From: a virus
Lineage: Duplodnaviria > Caudoviricetes
DNA length: 64,000 bases
IMG/VR virus record: IMGVR_UViG_3300033121_001167
Span: 1 to 64,000 of that record
Strand: one strand, 5' to 3'
This document shows positions 36,897-46,256 of the stretch, one piece after another (position 1 is the first letter of the stretch; each line of letters opens with the position of its first letter). The notes under the pieces were generated by a model that was not told the origin of the DNA, did not search any database, and was given only the letters and a program-made list of their open reading frames with translations. The position numbers were made by a program, and so were the translations under genes.

Positions 36897-37627
36897 TTAC
36901 ACCGATTTTTAGTAATTTCAATTGCAGATGGATTTATGTCGCATCCTATAAACTTCCTCCCAAATTGTTGTGATACAATTGCGGTAGTTCCAGAGCCGAG
37001 GAAAAAATCTGCAACAGTATCTCCGACATTACTACTACACAGTACAATCCGTTGAAGTAGTTTTTCATGTTTTTCCGAAAAATAGGATGTCTTCTTTTTT
37101 ACCTTCAGTCCACTTGGTATATCATCCCACACGTTTGTTGGAACAGTTCCTATGGCCAGTTTTTCAGGAGTAATATTTGGTCGGATCGTTGTTTTTGAAA
37201 TTACCGATTTGTACGGTATTCGTATAGCCAAATCATTGAATGTGTAATTTTCAGATTTGGTATAAACTACAAGATAGTCGTGCTTTTTCGGAAATTCCCG
37301 CTTTCCATACCCACCTATATTATATTTCACTACAATTTCGTTTCTAAAATTATTATATCCAAATATTTCGTCCATCATCACACGAATCCAATGGTTAATC
37401 CGTATATCGCATTGTAAATATATAGTTCCATCGTTGTGTAACACTCTATACATTTCCATTAATCTTGGGTGATAAAAATCGTATATTACATTTTTGTCGG
37501 CCACCAAATCAGCATAATCTGGAAAGATTTTCCCGGTACCGTATAAAATATCACAGTATATTAAATGTATCATTTCATCTTCTATACTGGATAATGTAAT
37601 TAGATTATCTTCGCAATACAATTTCAT
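36893..37627 (-). CDS. DNA amino-methyltransferase (beta class) with atypical DILY motif
   Basis: IYCDILYGTG in place of DPPY; FRNEIV, TNVWDDI, VADFFLGSGTT. Confidence 0.85.
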   Translation of the reverse strand: MKLYCEDNLITLSSIEDEMIHLIYCDILYGTGKIFPDYADLVADKNVIYDFYHPRLMEMYRVLHNDGTIYLQCDIRINHWIRVMMDEIFGYNNFRNEIVVKYNIGGYGKREFPKKHDYLVVYTKSENYTFNDLAIRIPYKSVISKTTIRPNITPEKLAIGTVPTNVWDDIPSGLKVKKKTSYFSEKHEKLLQRIVLCSSNVGDTVADFFLGSGTTAIVSQQFGRKFIGCDINPSAIEITKNRCK

Positions 37628-38580
37628 AAAATTATACGTTTATTTGATGGACACAAATCTTCTCTTTCTCTAAATTCACAATAGCGACAATTAAAGAAAT
37701 TGCGACCTGTTTTTGCTTGAAAGTTGTATGTTGTATTATACGAGCCGTCCGGTAGAAAACAAGAATCTAAAAATTCTTGGAACATCTTTGTTACTTTATT
37801 GCATGTAACCTTTCCGTTACTCGGTTCAAACATCTGAATGCGTTTTTGTGCCCACAGAGAATCAGGATCAAGTTTTCGCTTCAATATCATATATTCAATA
37901 TCTATCATATCAATCGGAATATCATATTGCTGCGAAAAATACACTTTGTATAATACAAGTTGTGCGGTTTTAACTTCGTCCTTCTTATCCCATTGATTCC
38001 ACCCCTTCGTACTGGTCTTGAAATCAACAATTCTATACCGACCAGTCTTTGTATTTTGTATCACCATATCCAAATATCCCATCAATACCACATTTAGTTT
38101 ATTTGGATCTGGAGGCAATAATATTGGTATTTCAGTACCAACCAGCATTTCGTATTTTTTTGAAAAATATGCAGACCTGTGCTTTCTCAAGTATTGCAAG
38201 ATTTCCAACCCATCCAGATAAAATTCGGTAAGTTCCTCTTTGGTGGAGAAGTGTTTACCTTGCTTTTCAATTTCGGCTGCGTAATTTGTTTTCAGTTCTT
38301 GCTTTAATAATTCCGAAAAATTGACTTCTTCTGATTTCTTAATCGTCTCTGTAAACAATACTTTAACCCACAATTGTATTATTGAGTGCATAGCGTCACC
38401 AAACACTGTGTGAATGCTGGCTTCTCGGTCTTTTAATTTATCAATATGGCATAATTTCCAATATAACGGGCATTTTTTAAAGTTACTAAATTGTGAATAC
38501 GAAACAAATTTGGAATTTTCTGGCTTTTGGAGGTTTAAATCAAACTGTGGTGTGACGTATGATTCTTTTACTTGCCCCAT
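37624..38580 (-). CDS. PD-(D/E)XK RecB/Cas4-like exonuclease
   Basis: SYSQFSNFKKCP, FGDAMH, GYLD, IVDFKTS, QLVLY, CRYC...C. Confidence 0.9.
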   Translation of the reverse strand: MGQVKESYVTPQFDLNLQKPENSKFVSYSQFSNFKKCPLYWKLCHIDKLKDREASIHTVFGDAMHSIIQLWVKVLFTETIKKSEEVNFSELLKQELKTNYAAEIEKQGKHFSTKEELTEFYLDGLEILQYLRKHRSAYFSKKYEMLVGTEIPILLPPDPNKLNVVLMGYLDMVIQNTKTGRYRIVDFKTSTKGWNQWDKKDEVKTAQLVLYKVYFSQQYDIPIDMIDIEYMILKRKLDPDSLWAQKRIQMFEPSNGKVTCNKVTKMFQEFLDSCFLPDGSYNTTYNFQAKTGRNFFNCRYCEFREREDLCPSNKRIIL

Positions 38581-38999
38581 TTGCCTTTTGATATGATTTG
38601 TGCTATGTTTGTATAATTTGAAATGTCGTCCAATGTGTCGTCCAATGTCTCCGTACTCACGGCGGCATCTGTTTGGATAAGATTCTTGTAACGGTTCAGT
38701 TTATCTTGCATCTTTAGATACAAATTTTGCATAGTTTCTTTCGGGGACAACCCGTCCACCAAATTAGTATGACCATAATCACGATGCTTGCGGCAAAATA
38801 ATTCAAATTGTGTGTTTTGTTGTGCAAGAAATAAATTGTAAGTTTCCGGATAATTTTCGCGGACCCAATCTTCTGCATTTAATTCTTCGGGGTCTTCATT
38901 GTTTGATGGTGTCTCCACGGATACAACAGTAGATGAAGCATTTGGTCGCCTCAAATAATCTGACAATGCGATTTGATAAATTTTGTATTCTTTACTCAT
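38568..38999 (-). CDS. DUF1599 (nucleotide-modification-associated domain) protein
   Basis: RKHRDYG...DKLNR...ETLDDTLDDISNY. Confidence 0.8.
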   Translation of the reverse strand: MSKEYKIYQIALSDYLRRPNASSTVVSVETPSNNEDPEELNAEDWVRENYPETYNLFLAQQNTQFELFCRKHRDYGHTNLVDGLSPKETMQNLYLKMQDKLNRYKNLIQTDAAVSTETLDDTLDDISNYTNIAQIISKGKWGK

Positions 39000-39436
39000 A
39001 TTTGAAATTCTTTTTTAATTTTTTTATCGTCATACCCATACTTTCGTATTTCGGATTTAACAGCATCAAGACCAGAATCAGTATTTGTCAAGATAGTCAA
39101 ATAATCTTCCAATTCGCTTGTACTAATTTCCAGTTTGGGAGATAGGAATTGTATGACTTTATCATACTTTTTTTCAGATTTGCTTGAAATGTATTTCGTA
39201 AAGAATTTCTTCTTTGGAAGCAAATCCAAATAAAAATTGTATAACTGTTCAGCAGACAATGCAGACGTATAGACCTGACACTCAGCGATCAAATCTAAAT
39301 AATCCGGGTGCATACTTAACCAACGAGTGATCATGTAAGGCTGAAACTGCTTCTTGTCGGCTTCAGTCTGATCCTTCCACTTTATTTTGTTGAAGCAAAT
39401 GTCGTTCAGTAAGTCAAAGATTGTCTTCTGTCGCAT
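38996..39436 (-). CDS. Clamp-loader small subunit (T4 gp62-like)
   Basis: FQPYMITRWLSM...LYNFYLDLLPKKKFFTKYI. Confidence 0.75.
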   Translation of the reverse strand: MRQKTIFDLLNDICFNKIKWKDQTEADKKQFQPYMITRWLSMHPDYLDLIAECQVYTSALSAEQLYNFYLDLLPKKKFFTKYISSKSEKKYDKVIQFLSPKLEISTSELEDYLTILTNTDSGLDAVKSEIRKYGYDDKKIKKEFQI

Positions 39437-39722
39437 TTTTAAATTTATTCTTTGTGGAGAATATTGTCGGCTTTGACTCCGATTCTAAGTTAAATTCCGG
39501 AGTATTTGTGACCGTAGTCCCTCCACTAGATGGAACTGTGAATGTTTGGATCGGTGTAGTCTGTTTCACTGGAGAATCTACTACAATATTAAAATTTGGA
39601 CGTGTTACTTCCTGAAAATGTCCAGATTTGATATTGATAGGCAATTTGTTATATTCCCATTCATTTAGAACAGTACCAAGTCCGTGACGACTCCATGCTT
39701 TTACACATTTAAAAGTTTTCAA
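39414..39722 (-). CDS. Hypothetical protein, 102 aa
   Basis: Co-oriented ORF. Confidence 0.5.
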   Translation of the reverse strand: MKTFKCVKAWSRHGLGTVLNEWEYNKLPINIKSGHFQEVTRPNFNIVVDSPVKQTTPIQTFTVPSSGGTTVTNTPEFNLESESKPTIFSTKNKFKNATEDNL

Positions 39723-39734
39723 AGTTTATTTCCT

Positions 39735-40112
39735 TTATATAATTAGTTTACCAGATGGTTCATTCTTTTCTTCAAATTCTGGCAAATCTGGAAGAAATTC
39801 TTTCAACAATTCTCCACATTCAGTACATTTTAGAACGGGAAGAAATACGAATTGATCTTGAGGCGATCCGGTGAGCAATCGCGAAACTCGTCTAACCATT
39901 ACTGGCTGTTCAAAAAATGAGTTATTGCACTTTCGGCACTGTACGGCCGAAGTATCGCTTGGGGCTACTTGTATATTTCCACTTTGGGCTTGCATATTCA
40001 AATGGTTTTGAAAAATATGTTTGTAAATTAACGTTTTCTGATACCAAATCAAGTACTTTATTGCGAAGTTGGCTGTCTGGTTGATACAGTCCATGCTTTG
40101 CACGGCCGGCAA
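39735..40112 (-). CDS. Zinc-ribbon protein (true start probably near MQAQSG)
   Basis: CRKC...CTECG. Confidence 0.65.
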   Translation of the reverse strand: MPAVQSMDCINQTANFAIKYLIWYQKTLIYKHIFQNHLNMQAQSGNIQVAPSDTSAVQCRKCNNSFFEQPVMVRRVSRLLTGSPQDQFVFLPVLKCTECGELLKEFLPDLPEFEEKNEPSGKLII

Positions 40113-40197
40113 TCATCAGCAATTCCTCGGCTTCAGCAATTAGCAGCAATAAATATCTAATTTCTTGTTCATTTAATGATAAACTGTATTCTTTCAC
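39922..40197 (-). CDS. Hypothetical protein, 91 aa
   Basis: ATGA-type overlap with the clamp-loader C-half. Confidence 0.45.
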   Translation of the reverse strand: MKEYSLSLNEQEIRYLLLLIAEAEELLMIAGRAKHGLYQPDSQLRNKVLDLVSENVNLQTYFSKPFEYASPKWKYTSSPKRYFGRTVPKVQ

Positions 40198-41375
40198 TTT
40201 AAATCCCGTAAAATATTTATGAACATTGCAGCAATTTGAATTTCTCCATCCACTACATTCAAGATTCGGTGCTGGTAGTCTGCTATATGAAGTATAATTT
40301 GAGCCTTTTTTCCATCAGGAACAAACTCATCCAAGTTATCATATAAATATTTAAACAGTTCATCAAATTGTCTAACTTTTGCATCTGCAATGATTTGACG
40401 GATGGTAGTAAATGCAGTTTTCACATCTCCGCCTGTTTTAATAGCATCCAATATTTTTGGGCAATAATCACTCCCAGCAATGTCTTGTGTTGAATATATC
40501 AGTTCTCCAGTATTTGAGTTGTGTTGACAGTAATTCAACATCGCTCGCTGGTCTGGATAGAATTGATTTACTATCTTCACTATATCCTTCGGATCATATT
40601 TGACGTTTTCCTTAGTCAAAATATTCGCGATGTTCCGACAAACCAATTTGATTGGTGGGGATTGGATCAAAAACGGGGAACATCGTGATACAATGGAGGG
40701 TAAAAACTTTTCTATATAGTTGCCAGTAAGAAAGTATCTTGTATGTTTACTTGTCGTTTCAATGATCTGATTGAGTGCTGATTGCGCGTTGGGGCTAAAT
40801 CCAGAAAACTCATCACAAATAACAATTTTCCAACGTTTAAATCCAACCGATGTCGCAAATGATTTAATCTTGTCTCTAACTGTGTCAATCCCATTTTCAT
40901 CAGATGCGTTAAGATATAATACATCCGCATCCAACGCATTTGCAATCAATTTACAACAACTTGTATTGTGACAAATAATACCAGAACTCGTTAGATATTC
41001 ATGCGGATAATCCAACGAAATATCAAAAACATCGCAGGGCTGGTCGCCCGTTGTCTTTGATACAATGGGAATCATATTATTATCTGCATCAATAATATGA
41101 TTAACAGATTTAATAAATCTGAATGTCCCGTCAACTTGTTTCACCAAATGCTTATTATCGCATTTAATAGATGCCCCGTTTGCAAATGTAAATGTGTTGA
41201 CAACGCCTCGTTTTTTAACGAATGCGTTTATTGGCTGCATCCCATTCGGGGTATTAATTTTTATCTCTCTATCTGGAATTTGGATAGTGTCATAAAAATC
41301 ATTATTCATCTCCAGAAAATTAAACAATTCTCCAATCGGGATTTGTAATTTATAGGTACTTTTCAACGAAGTCAT
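40194..41375 (-). CDS. Clamp-loader large subunit (RFC/gp44-like), C-half: 137-aa IntC plus 256-aa C-extein
   Basis: IntC ends SGIICHN|T; extein has LNASDENG, IVICDE, SRC. Confidence 0.95.
   Translation of the reverse strand: MTSLKSTYKLQIPIGELFNFLEMNNDFYDTIQIPDREIKINTPNGMQPINAFVKKRGVVNTFTFANGASIKCDNKHLVKQVDGTFRFIKSVNHIIDADNNMIPIVSKTTGDQPCDVFDISLDYPHEYLTSSGIICHNTSCCKLIANALDADVLYLNASDENGIDTVRDKIKSFATSVGFKRWKIVICDEFSGFSPNAQSALNQIIETTSKHTRYFLTGNYIEKFLPSIVSRCSPFLIQSPPIKLVCRNIANILTKENVKYDPKDIVKIVNQFYPDQRAMLNYCQHNSNTGELIYSTQDIAGSDYCPKILDAIKTGGDVKTAFTTIRQIIADAKVRQFDELFKYLYDNLDEFVPDGKKAQIILHIADYQHRILNVVDGEIQIAAMFINILRDLK
40965..41375 (-). mobile_element. Split intein C-fragment (137 aa)
   Basis: Block B IKCDNKH, block F DVFDISL, terminal HN followed by Thr. 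Confidence 0.92.
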
Positions 41376-42807
41376 ATATCAAATTGTTATTTTCAGTAAA
41401 TGTCGTTTCGGACTTAATTCTGAGTAGTGTAAAACCGTGTCGCTCGCATAATTCAGTTTTAAATTTATCATTTTCTATTGATTTTTCAGATGAATGCCAA
41501 AAAACACCATCATATTCAATAATTAATTTTTTTGACAATATTGTAAAATCATAAAATTTTAATTTTTTAGTATTTTTATCAAAAATATAATATTCCGAAC
41601 TACCACCTATTCCAAAATAAATATCTTCTCGCAGTACTCCACGTTTTCGTAAAAATTTAAACATCGGAATGAAATATTTCAAAGATTCCTTTGATGCCTT
41701 TCCAAACGGAACTGCTCTACTTTTAAGTAATTTTTCATACAACTCAGTTGCCAATTCAACATCGTATGCACATTTTTTTAAACAATAGTTAAAACTTTTA
41801 GAATCTTGAGATTTATAAATTCTGGACAGTTCTTCTTCACTTTTTTGCTCAAACGTCTGCTTTCGCTTTTCATAAATTTGTTGCTGTATTTGTTCGGATT
41901 CTTCAAGAGTGCAATTGAATCGTTTTTGAATATTCTCCAATGTATTTAATTGTTGCGATTCGGAAACTTTCAGTTTTGCAGTATCACTATCATATCCCCG
42001 TTCTAACCAATACTCTACGCATCTAACGCTAAATTTCTTCTGTTCTTCGGGAGTATATTTTTCTTGTCGTTTTTGATTATTTCGTTTCTGATATTCTGAA
42101 TCTCTAAATACAGTAGGTTTATTCGCATAATATGCAGCCAATACAGCATCAATTTCATGATCGTCTGTATATCCTTCAAATTTCAATCCCAAACGAGAAT
42201 ATCTATATGGCTTCTTCTCTACCATTGCAGATTTCAATAATCTGTGTATATCATCCTCATTGTTTCCTCTATCTCGGAGGCCATTCAATGAATGCAGCGT
42301 ACCGATTTGAAGCGGGCGCAATTCCAAAATGGATTTAATGTATCGCTCTTTTCCAGTCTCAGTCCAAAAATCATCGTAAAATGAATCATGCAACTTTTTA
42401 TAAAATTTTTTTCGGATTAGCCAGTGTATTATTTTTAATGTTTGTGAAAACGTATAACCTTTCTCCAGCCAAAACGAGTTTTCTAAAAATTTGGTATATA
42501 AATTTTCGGAGCGCACTCGCAATTTTGCACGTTCATTATTTTTGTAATGACCAAGTAACTTCCGGTGGATTTTTGTTATCGGGTACCACCTGTTCCAATA
42601 ACCCTGCACTCTATAATCCGATAATTTTCCAGTTTCCAAGCACAATGGTAAATATTGAGAATAATGCAATTGCATATATTCTTCAAACGAAATGCCACAG
42701 GCGGTTAAATGTTTAATAAAATTTCCAAATGTAGAATATTTCTTTCCATTGATCTTTGAAAGTAGAACATTATCACTGCGCAATTCAAGCGTTTTTGGGT
42801 CAATCAT
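41350..42807 (-). CDS. Free-standing Vsr/DUF559-like homing endonuclease
   Basis: C-terminal FYDF...KLIIEYDGVFWH...NDKFK...GFTLLRI; repeated (F/Y)WLE(K/R)GY units. Confidence 0.85.
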   Translation of the reverse strand: MIDPKTLELRSDNVLLSKINGKKYSTFGNFIKHLTACGISFEEYMQLHYSQYLPLCLETGKLSDYRVQGYWNRWYPITKIHRKLLGHYKNNERAKLRVRSENLYTKFLENSFWLEKGYTFSQTLKIIHWLIRKKFYKKLHDSFYDDFWTETGKERYIKSILELRPLQIGTLHSLNGLRDRGNNEDDIHRLLKSAMVEKKPYRYSRLGLKFEGYTDDHEIDAVLAAYYANKPTVFRDSEYQKRNNQKRQEKYTPEEQKKFSVRCVEYWLERGYDSDTAKLKVSESQQLNTLENIQKRFNCTLEESEQIQQQIYEKRKQTFEQKSEEELSRIYKSQDSKSFNYCLKKCAYDVELATELYEKLLKSRAVPFGKASKESLKYFIPMFKFLRKRGVLREDIYFGIGGSSEYYIFDKNTKKLKFYDFTILSKKLIIEYDGVFWHSSEKSIENDKFKTELCERHGFTLLRIKSETTFTENNNLIYDFVEKYL

Positions 42808-42816
42808 CTTTACCTC

Positions 42817-42856
42817 GTATATTTATGTAAATAAGTGAATTTACATATAAATATAC
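42817..42856 (-). promoter_or_regulatory. AT-rich hairpin just upstream of the endonuclease RBS
   Basis: 16-bp stem with a 2-nt bulge and 6-nt loop; GAGGT lies 4 nt before the ATG. Confidence 0.5.
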
Positions 42857-42866
42857 TTGGTAAAAA

Positions 42867-43115
42867 TCAAACTATAAATGCCGACAGTAATTTAAGTTCA
42901 GATTCAGTTAACTCAATCTCAATAGTAACTTCTTCCGAAAAATCAAGACATTTACCAGTTCCGCTCTTTTCAGAATATAGAATTAAATTCGGGACTGAAT
43001 TAGTTTCAATCCAGTACTTTACCTTCGCAATAAACTCCTCATTCCCAACATAATCATCAATTGTTTTGGGTTCATATTTTCTTGCCCAAATGAGTTCATC
43101 AAATACAGTTGTCAT
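42867..43115 (-). CDS. Clamp-loader large subunit, N-half: 55-aa N-extein plus 27-aa IntN
   Basis: WARKYEPKTIDDYVG...SGTGK|CLDFSEEV. Confidence 0.93.
   Translation of the reverse strand: MTTVFDELIWARKYEPKTIDDYVGNEEFIAKVKYWIETNSVPNLILYSEKSGTGKCLDFSEEVTIEIELTESELKLLSAFIV
42870..42950 (-). mobile_element. Atypically short split intein N-fragment (27 aa)
   Basis: Block A CLDFSEEVTI directly after the Walker A lysine, then a stop. Confidence 0.88.
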
Positions 43116-44161
43116 AGTTCTTTCAATAAATTTACGAATGGTTTGTTTGAATAATATTTAGTCGTAATCTGTTCAGTATCTGATTTCATTTTTTCGGCAA
43201 TTTCGTCATATCTTCCAACCCGGTCTATAAACAAATCTGCCAGTTGTGCGCGACTTCGCATCAAATACAAATATTTATTGTGTCGTGCTTTAGTAAGCAG
43301 ACTCGGATATTGATATTCCTTCGGGAAAACTTGGTAATACATTAGCCGACTTGGTACCATTGGAACAACGCCATTGCACATACCTTCCCACAACAATACT
43401 GGATTAGTCTCTGCAACTTGCGAACAAAACATAAGTTTTGATTGCTGTAATAAATTCCGATAAGCCGTCCGAGAACTGTGGGTATCATACGCATAAATAA
43501 AATTCAAATTAGTCAATTCTCCCTCAAGACCACGAAATGCGTTGACTTGCATATCGTTAGTTACTTTATATGGAAAAACTATCAAATTTTTTCTCTCCAT
43601 GTCAAGTTTCTTGACTCTGGATATATATTCAAAAGGATAACCAGTCACTCTGATTGAATTTGAATTTGCAACTCGCCCATATTTCCCCTCAAACAAATCA
43701 ATCTCATTTTCAGATAAAAAGCAATTGTAGTCATACGCATTAAAAAGTGCGTATTCAAATTGACGACCAAACGTTTTACTTGCACCCTTAAACCGTTGCC
43801 ACATTGGACTAAATTGGTTGTATAGTGAATCTCCCCATACACCAATCATCGTTATATTCAGTTTATATTCGTCCCGAAAATAACATAACGGGACGGCAAT
43901 ATAATTCCACGCATTTGTGAAAATAAATACATCGCCGTCCCGTATCTTTCCAGTTTCTACCATGTTCATCAACACTTTCAATTGTATTGATTTATAGTAG
44001 GTGTCCGCAAAAAGAGCCGATTCGTGTGAAATTGTGGTGCCATCTACAATTTTTATATCATATTTAGCGAAATCACCATTCCACCAACATTCTCTCCAAT
44101 AATTTTCTATCGGAGCGCCCAATTCCGTGACAATGAAAAGCGTTTTACGCCGCATCCCCAA
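43112..44161 (-). CDS. Divergent GT-B glycosyltransferase-like protein
   Basis: GDVFIFTNAWN, LIVFPY, AETNPVLLWEGMCNGVVPMVPSRLMY. Confidence 0.6.
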   Translation of the reverse strand: MGMRRKTLFIVTELGAPIENYWRECWWNGDFAKYDIKIVDGTTISHESALFADTYYKSIQLKVLMNMVETGKIRDGDVFIFTNAWNYIAVPLCYFRDEYKLNITMIGVWGDSLYNQFSPMWQRFKGASKTFGRQFEYALFNAYDYNCFLSENEIDLFEGKYGRVANSNSIRVTGYPFEYISRVKKLDMERKNLIVFPYKVTNDMQVNAFRGLEGELTNLNFIYAYDTHSSRTAYRNLLQQSKLMFCSQVAETNPVLLWEGMCNGVVPMVPSRLMYYQVFPKEYQYPSLLTKARHNKYLYLMRSRAQLADLFIDRVGRYDEIAEKMKSDTEQITTKYYSNKPFVNLLKEL

Positions 44162-44351
44162 TCACCTCTAAAATTTTTGTTTCGGCCACAGAAGTCAACT
44201 CCCAATCAATTGTGGAACCTTCATACTTTTCAGTGACATACGCTTCCACATCTGTAACACTAACTGCCTTGACTAAATATTGTTCAGTCACTTTTTGAAT
44301 TTTACCGTTATCATTTTCAGTGCGGCATTTTACTTTTGCAATGTAATACAT
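44145..44351 (-). CDS. DUF4494-like protein
   Basis: YIAKVK...ENDNGKIQKVTEQYLVKAVSVTDVEA. Confidence 0.8.
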   Translation of the reverse strand: MYYIAKVKCRTENDNGKIQKVTEQYLVKAVSVTDVEAYVTEKYEGSTIDWELTSVAETKILEVIGDAA

Positions 44352-44681
44352 AATTTTGTGTTTTAATTGTTATTGAAATATTTGGTATTGAACCAAGTTT
44401 TGACGTAATCAATCGTGAAATGGACTTCATTATGACCAAGCAAAAATGTAAGAATGCTTGGGTGATTGTCTCCGCATAGACCAATCAAATGCGTAATCGT
44501 ATGTACTATCATGGCGTTTTGCTTTCTAAAATGTATGCTAAATCGTTTTTCACAAACACTTCAAATGAAGTATCAGTTGTAAGAACGTCCAAAATGCGCG
44601 TCCATGAACTTAAATCGTAAGGGGGTTCTATGGCTAATCGCACACCATATTCGTCCTTAATCCATTTTTCTATTAAATTTC

Positions 44682-45416
44682 TCATGCAATATCAACCCTT
44701 GTTGTCATGTAAGATGTTTGCCAATCCTCACCGACAAAATTCAACACCATCAAACCAGCCAGTGAAATTGAAACGGATGCAGTCAAGCAGTCTTTATTGG
44801 CTTCAAAAATATCACCAATCAGATTTGCACTAAATGCGATTAAATCTGAAATTTGCTGTGTGACTTCTCCTTGCAAATTTAGTGTAATTCGGGTGGTGTT
44901 TGTGGTTGGGTGGTAATTAAGTACAAGTTCTATGTTCTCACCATCTGTAAATATAGCCAAATTTACATTCTTGTCCGATGTTTTCAATGCGGATAGTGAC
45001 TTTGTGAATCGACTCATCGTCTCCTTGTCCAAATCAAATTTAATGTGCATATCCGGACGATTGGTAATTTCTGGAACTTCGGGAATTACGTCCAGACTGG
45101 CCAACAAGAATTTTGCACTAACTGCACTGTCGTCAAATTGCAAGGAGACCGCCTTATTTCGCTCGTAGCCGAGTTTCATGTCAAAGTCCGTATCCAATGC
45201 TCCTAAGATGTTTTTAAGCGCAACTGGGTCAAAAATACCGAACTCTGTGGCTTCAAAATCAAAGTCGTTAAATGTTACATCGGCGCGAAATGTTTTGATG
45301 GGCTCATCACGGTGGACTATGGTTAACGTTTTGTCCTGAATCTTCCAACGGGCTGGTTGACAACGACCCGACAAATTGTACTTGGAAACGATGTTTTGAA
45401 TTTTACTTTTTTGCAT
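44682..45416 (-). CDS. Sliding clamp (gp45/PCNA-like)
   Basis: 244 aa; EFGIFDPVALKNIL; two-domain beta/alpha pattern; lies between the polymerase and clamp loader. Confidence 0.8.
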   Translation of the reverse strand: MQKSKIQNIVSKYNLSGRCQPARWKIQDKTLTIVHRDEPIKTFRADVTFNDFDFEATEFGIFDPVALKNILGALDTDFDMKLGYERNKAVSLQFDDSAVSAKFLLASLDVIPEVPEITNRPDMHIKFDLDKETMSRFTKSLSALKTSDKNVNLAIFTDGENIELVLNYHPTTNTTRITLNLQGEVTQQISDLIAFSANLIGDIFEANKDCLTASVSISLAGLMVLNFVGEDWQTSYMTTRVDIA

Positions 45417-45717
45417 TTTTAGTTTTCAAATTTAGATAAATAGTATATTGGTCTTCAATTAGATTGAAATTTTGGTGGATATTGCCGAGTTTGGTAGGCC
45501 GTTGCGAATTAAATTTTATATAATGTTGTCTATAAGATGTTAATCCGTCAACTGGATATAAATGCTCATACACTTTATCTGGGTGTCTATACAAATATTC
45601 ATTGAATCGCTCAATATAATTTGTATCTACAACTACACCCAAAAATCGCTTAACTTTTCGTCCAGTCAGCCTCAACAATATCATTTTGATAAATTTCAAC
45701 ATCATCCATAATATCAA
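45403..45717 (-). CDS. Hypothetical protein, 104 aa
   Basis: Co-oriented ORF. Confidence 0.5.
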   Translation of the reverse strand: MILWMMLKFIKMILLRLTGRKVKRFLGVVVDTNYIERFNEYLYRHPDKVYEHLYPVDGLTSYRQHYIKFNSQRPTKLGNIHQNFNLIEDQYTIYLNLKTKNAKK

Positions 45718-45835
45718 TTAACCGATCAAAAATAAATTTATCAGATGGATAATTTAGTTCAAACCCGGATGTTATATCTAAGACTGGATATATGAACTTT
45801 TGGTTTGTAATATCCCAAACTCTAAATTTTATCAT
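45650..45835 (-). CDS. Short YopX-like protein
   Basis: IKFRVWD...EIYQNDIV. Confidence 0.55.
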   Translation of the reverse strand: MIKFRVWDITNQKFIYPVLDITSGFELNYPSDKFIFDRLIDIMDDVEIYQNDIVEADWTKS

Positions 45836-46181
45836 AACTTTGAATTAAATTATGAAGGTGTAGCCAACCCTCTCTATCTACTATTTCATTAATCATATTG
45901 ATACAATCTACACGACGAAATCTCCCAATATCCATACCATCGGAAAGGCAGTCGTTCTTAAATAACTCATTAAATGCGTCCTCTCTGCTATCTTTCACAT
46001 AGTAATCAAGACCTCGCAAATATTCAATTACATAGTTCACATCTATACCATCAAGTATTTCATCTGGTGTGTATTTTCTAACGATGGTGTCGAGAGTGAA
46101 CAATTCGTTAAATTCTTCGACTAACTCTCTGCGAGTCATGTCTTTTAAAAATTTTCGCACGTCTTCAAATTCAAGTGTCAT
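45822..46181 (-). CDS. Hypothetical protein (start re-called at MTLEFE)
   Basis: Co-oriented ORF. Confidence 0.6.
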   Translation of the reverse strand: MTLEFEDVRKFLKDMTRRELVEEFNELFTLDTIVRKYTPDEILDGIDVNYVIEYLRGLDYYVKDSREDAFNELFKNDCLSDGMDIGRFRRVDCINMINEIVDREGWLHLHNLIQSYDKI

Positions 46182-46256
46182 GTTTTTTATTTTATACAAT
46201 GATACAATAATTTTCCGTATTTTGCAACTTTTATTTGTTAATGATTTGCAAATAAG

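Noticed and set aside
46197-46228. Possible Bacteroidota promoter (GTTG-N20-TATCATTG)
   Set aside because: It mismatches both boxes; plausible but not supported enough to list.
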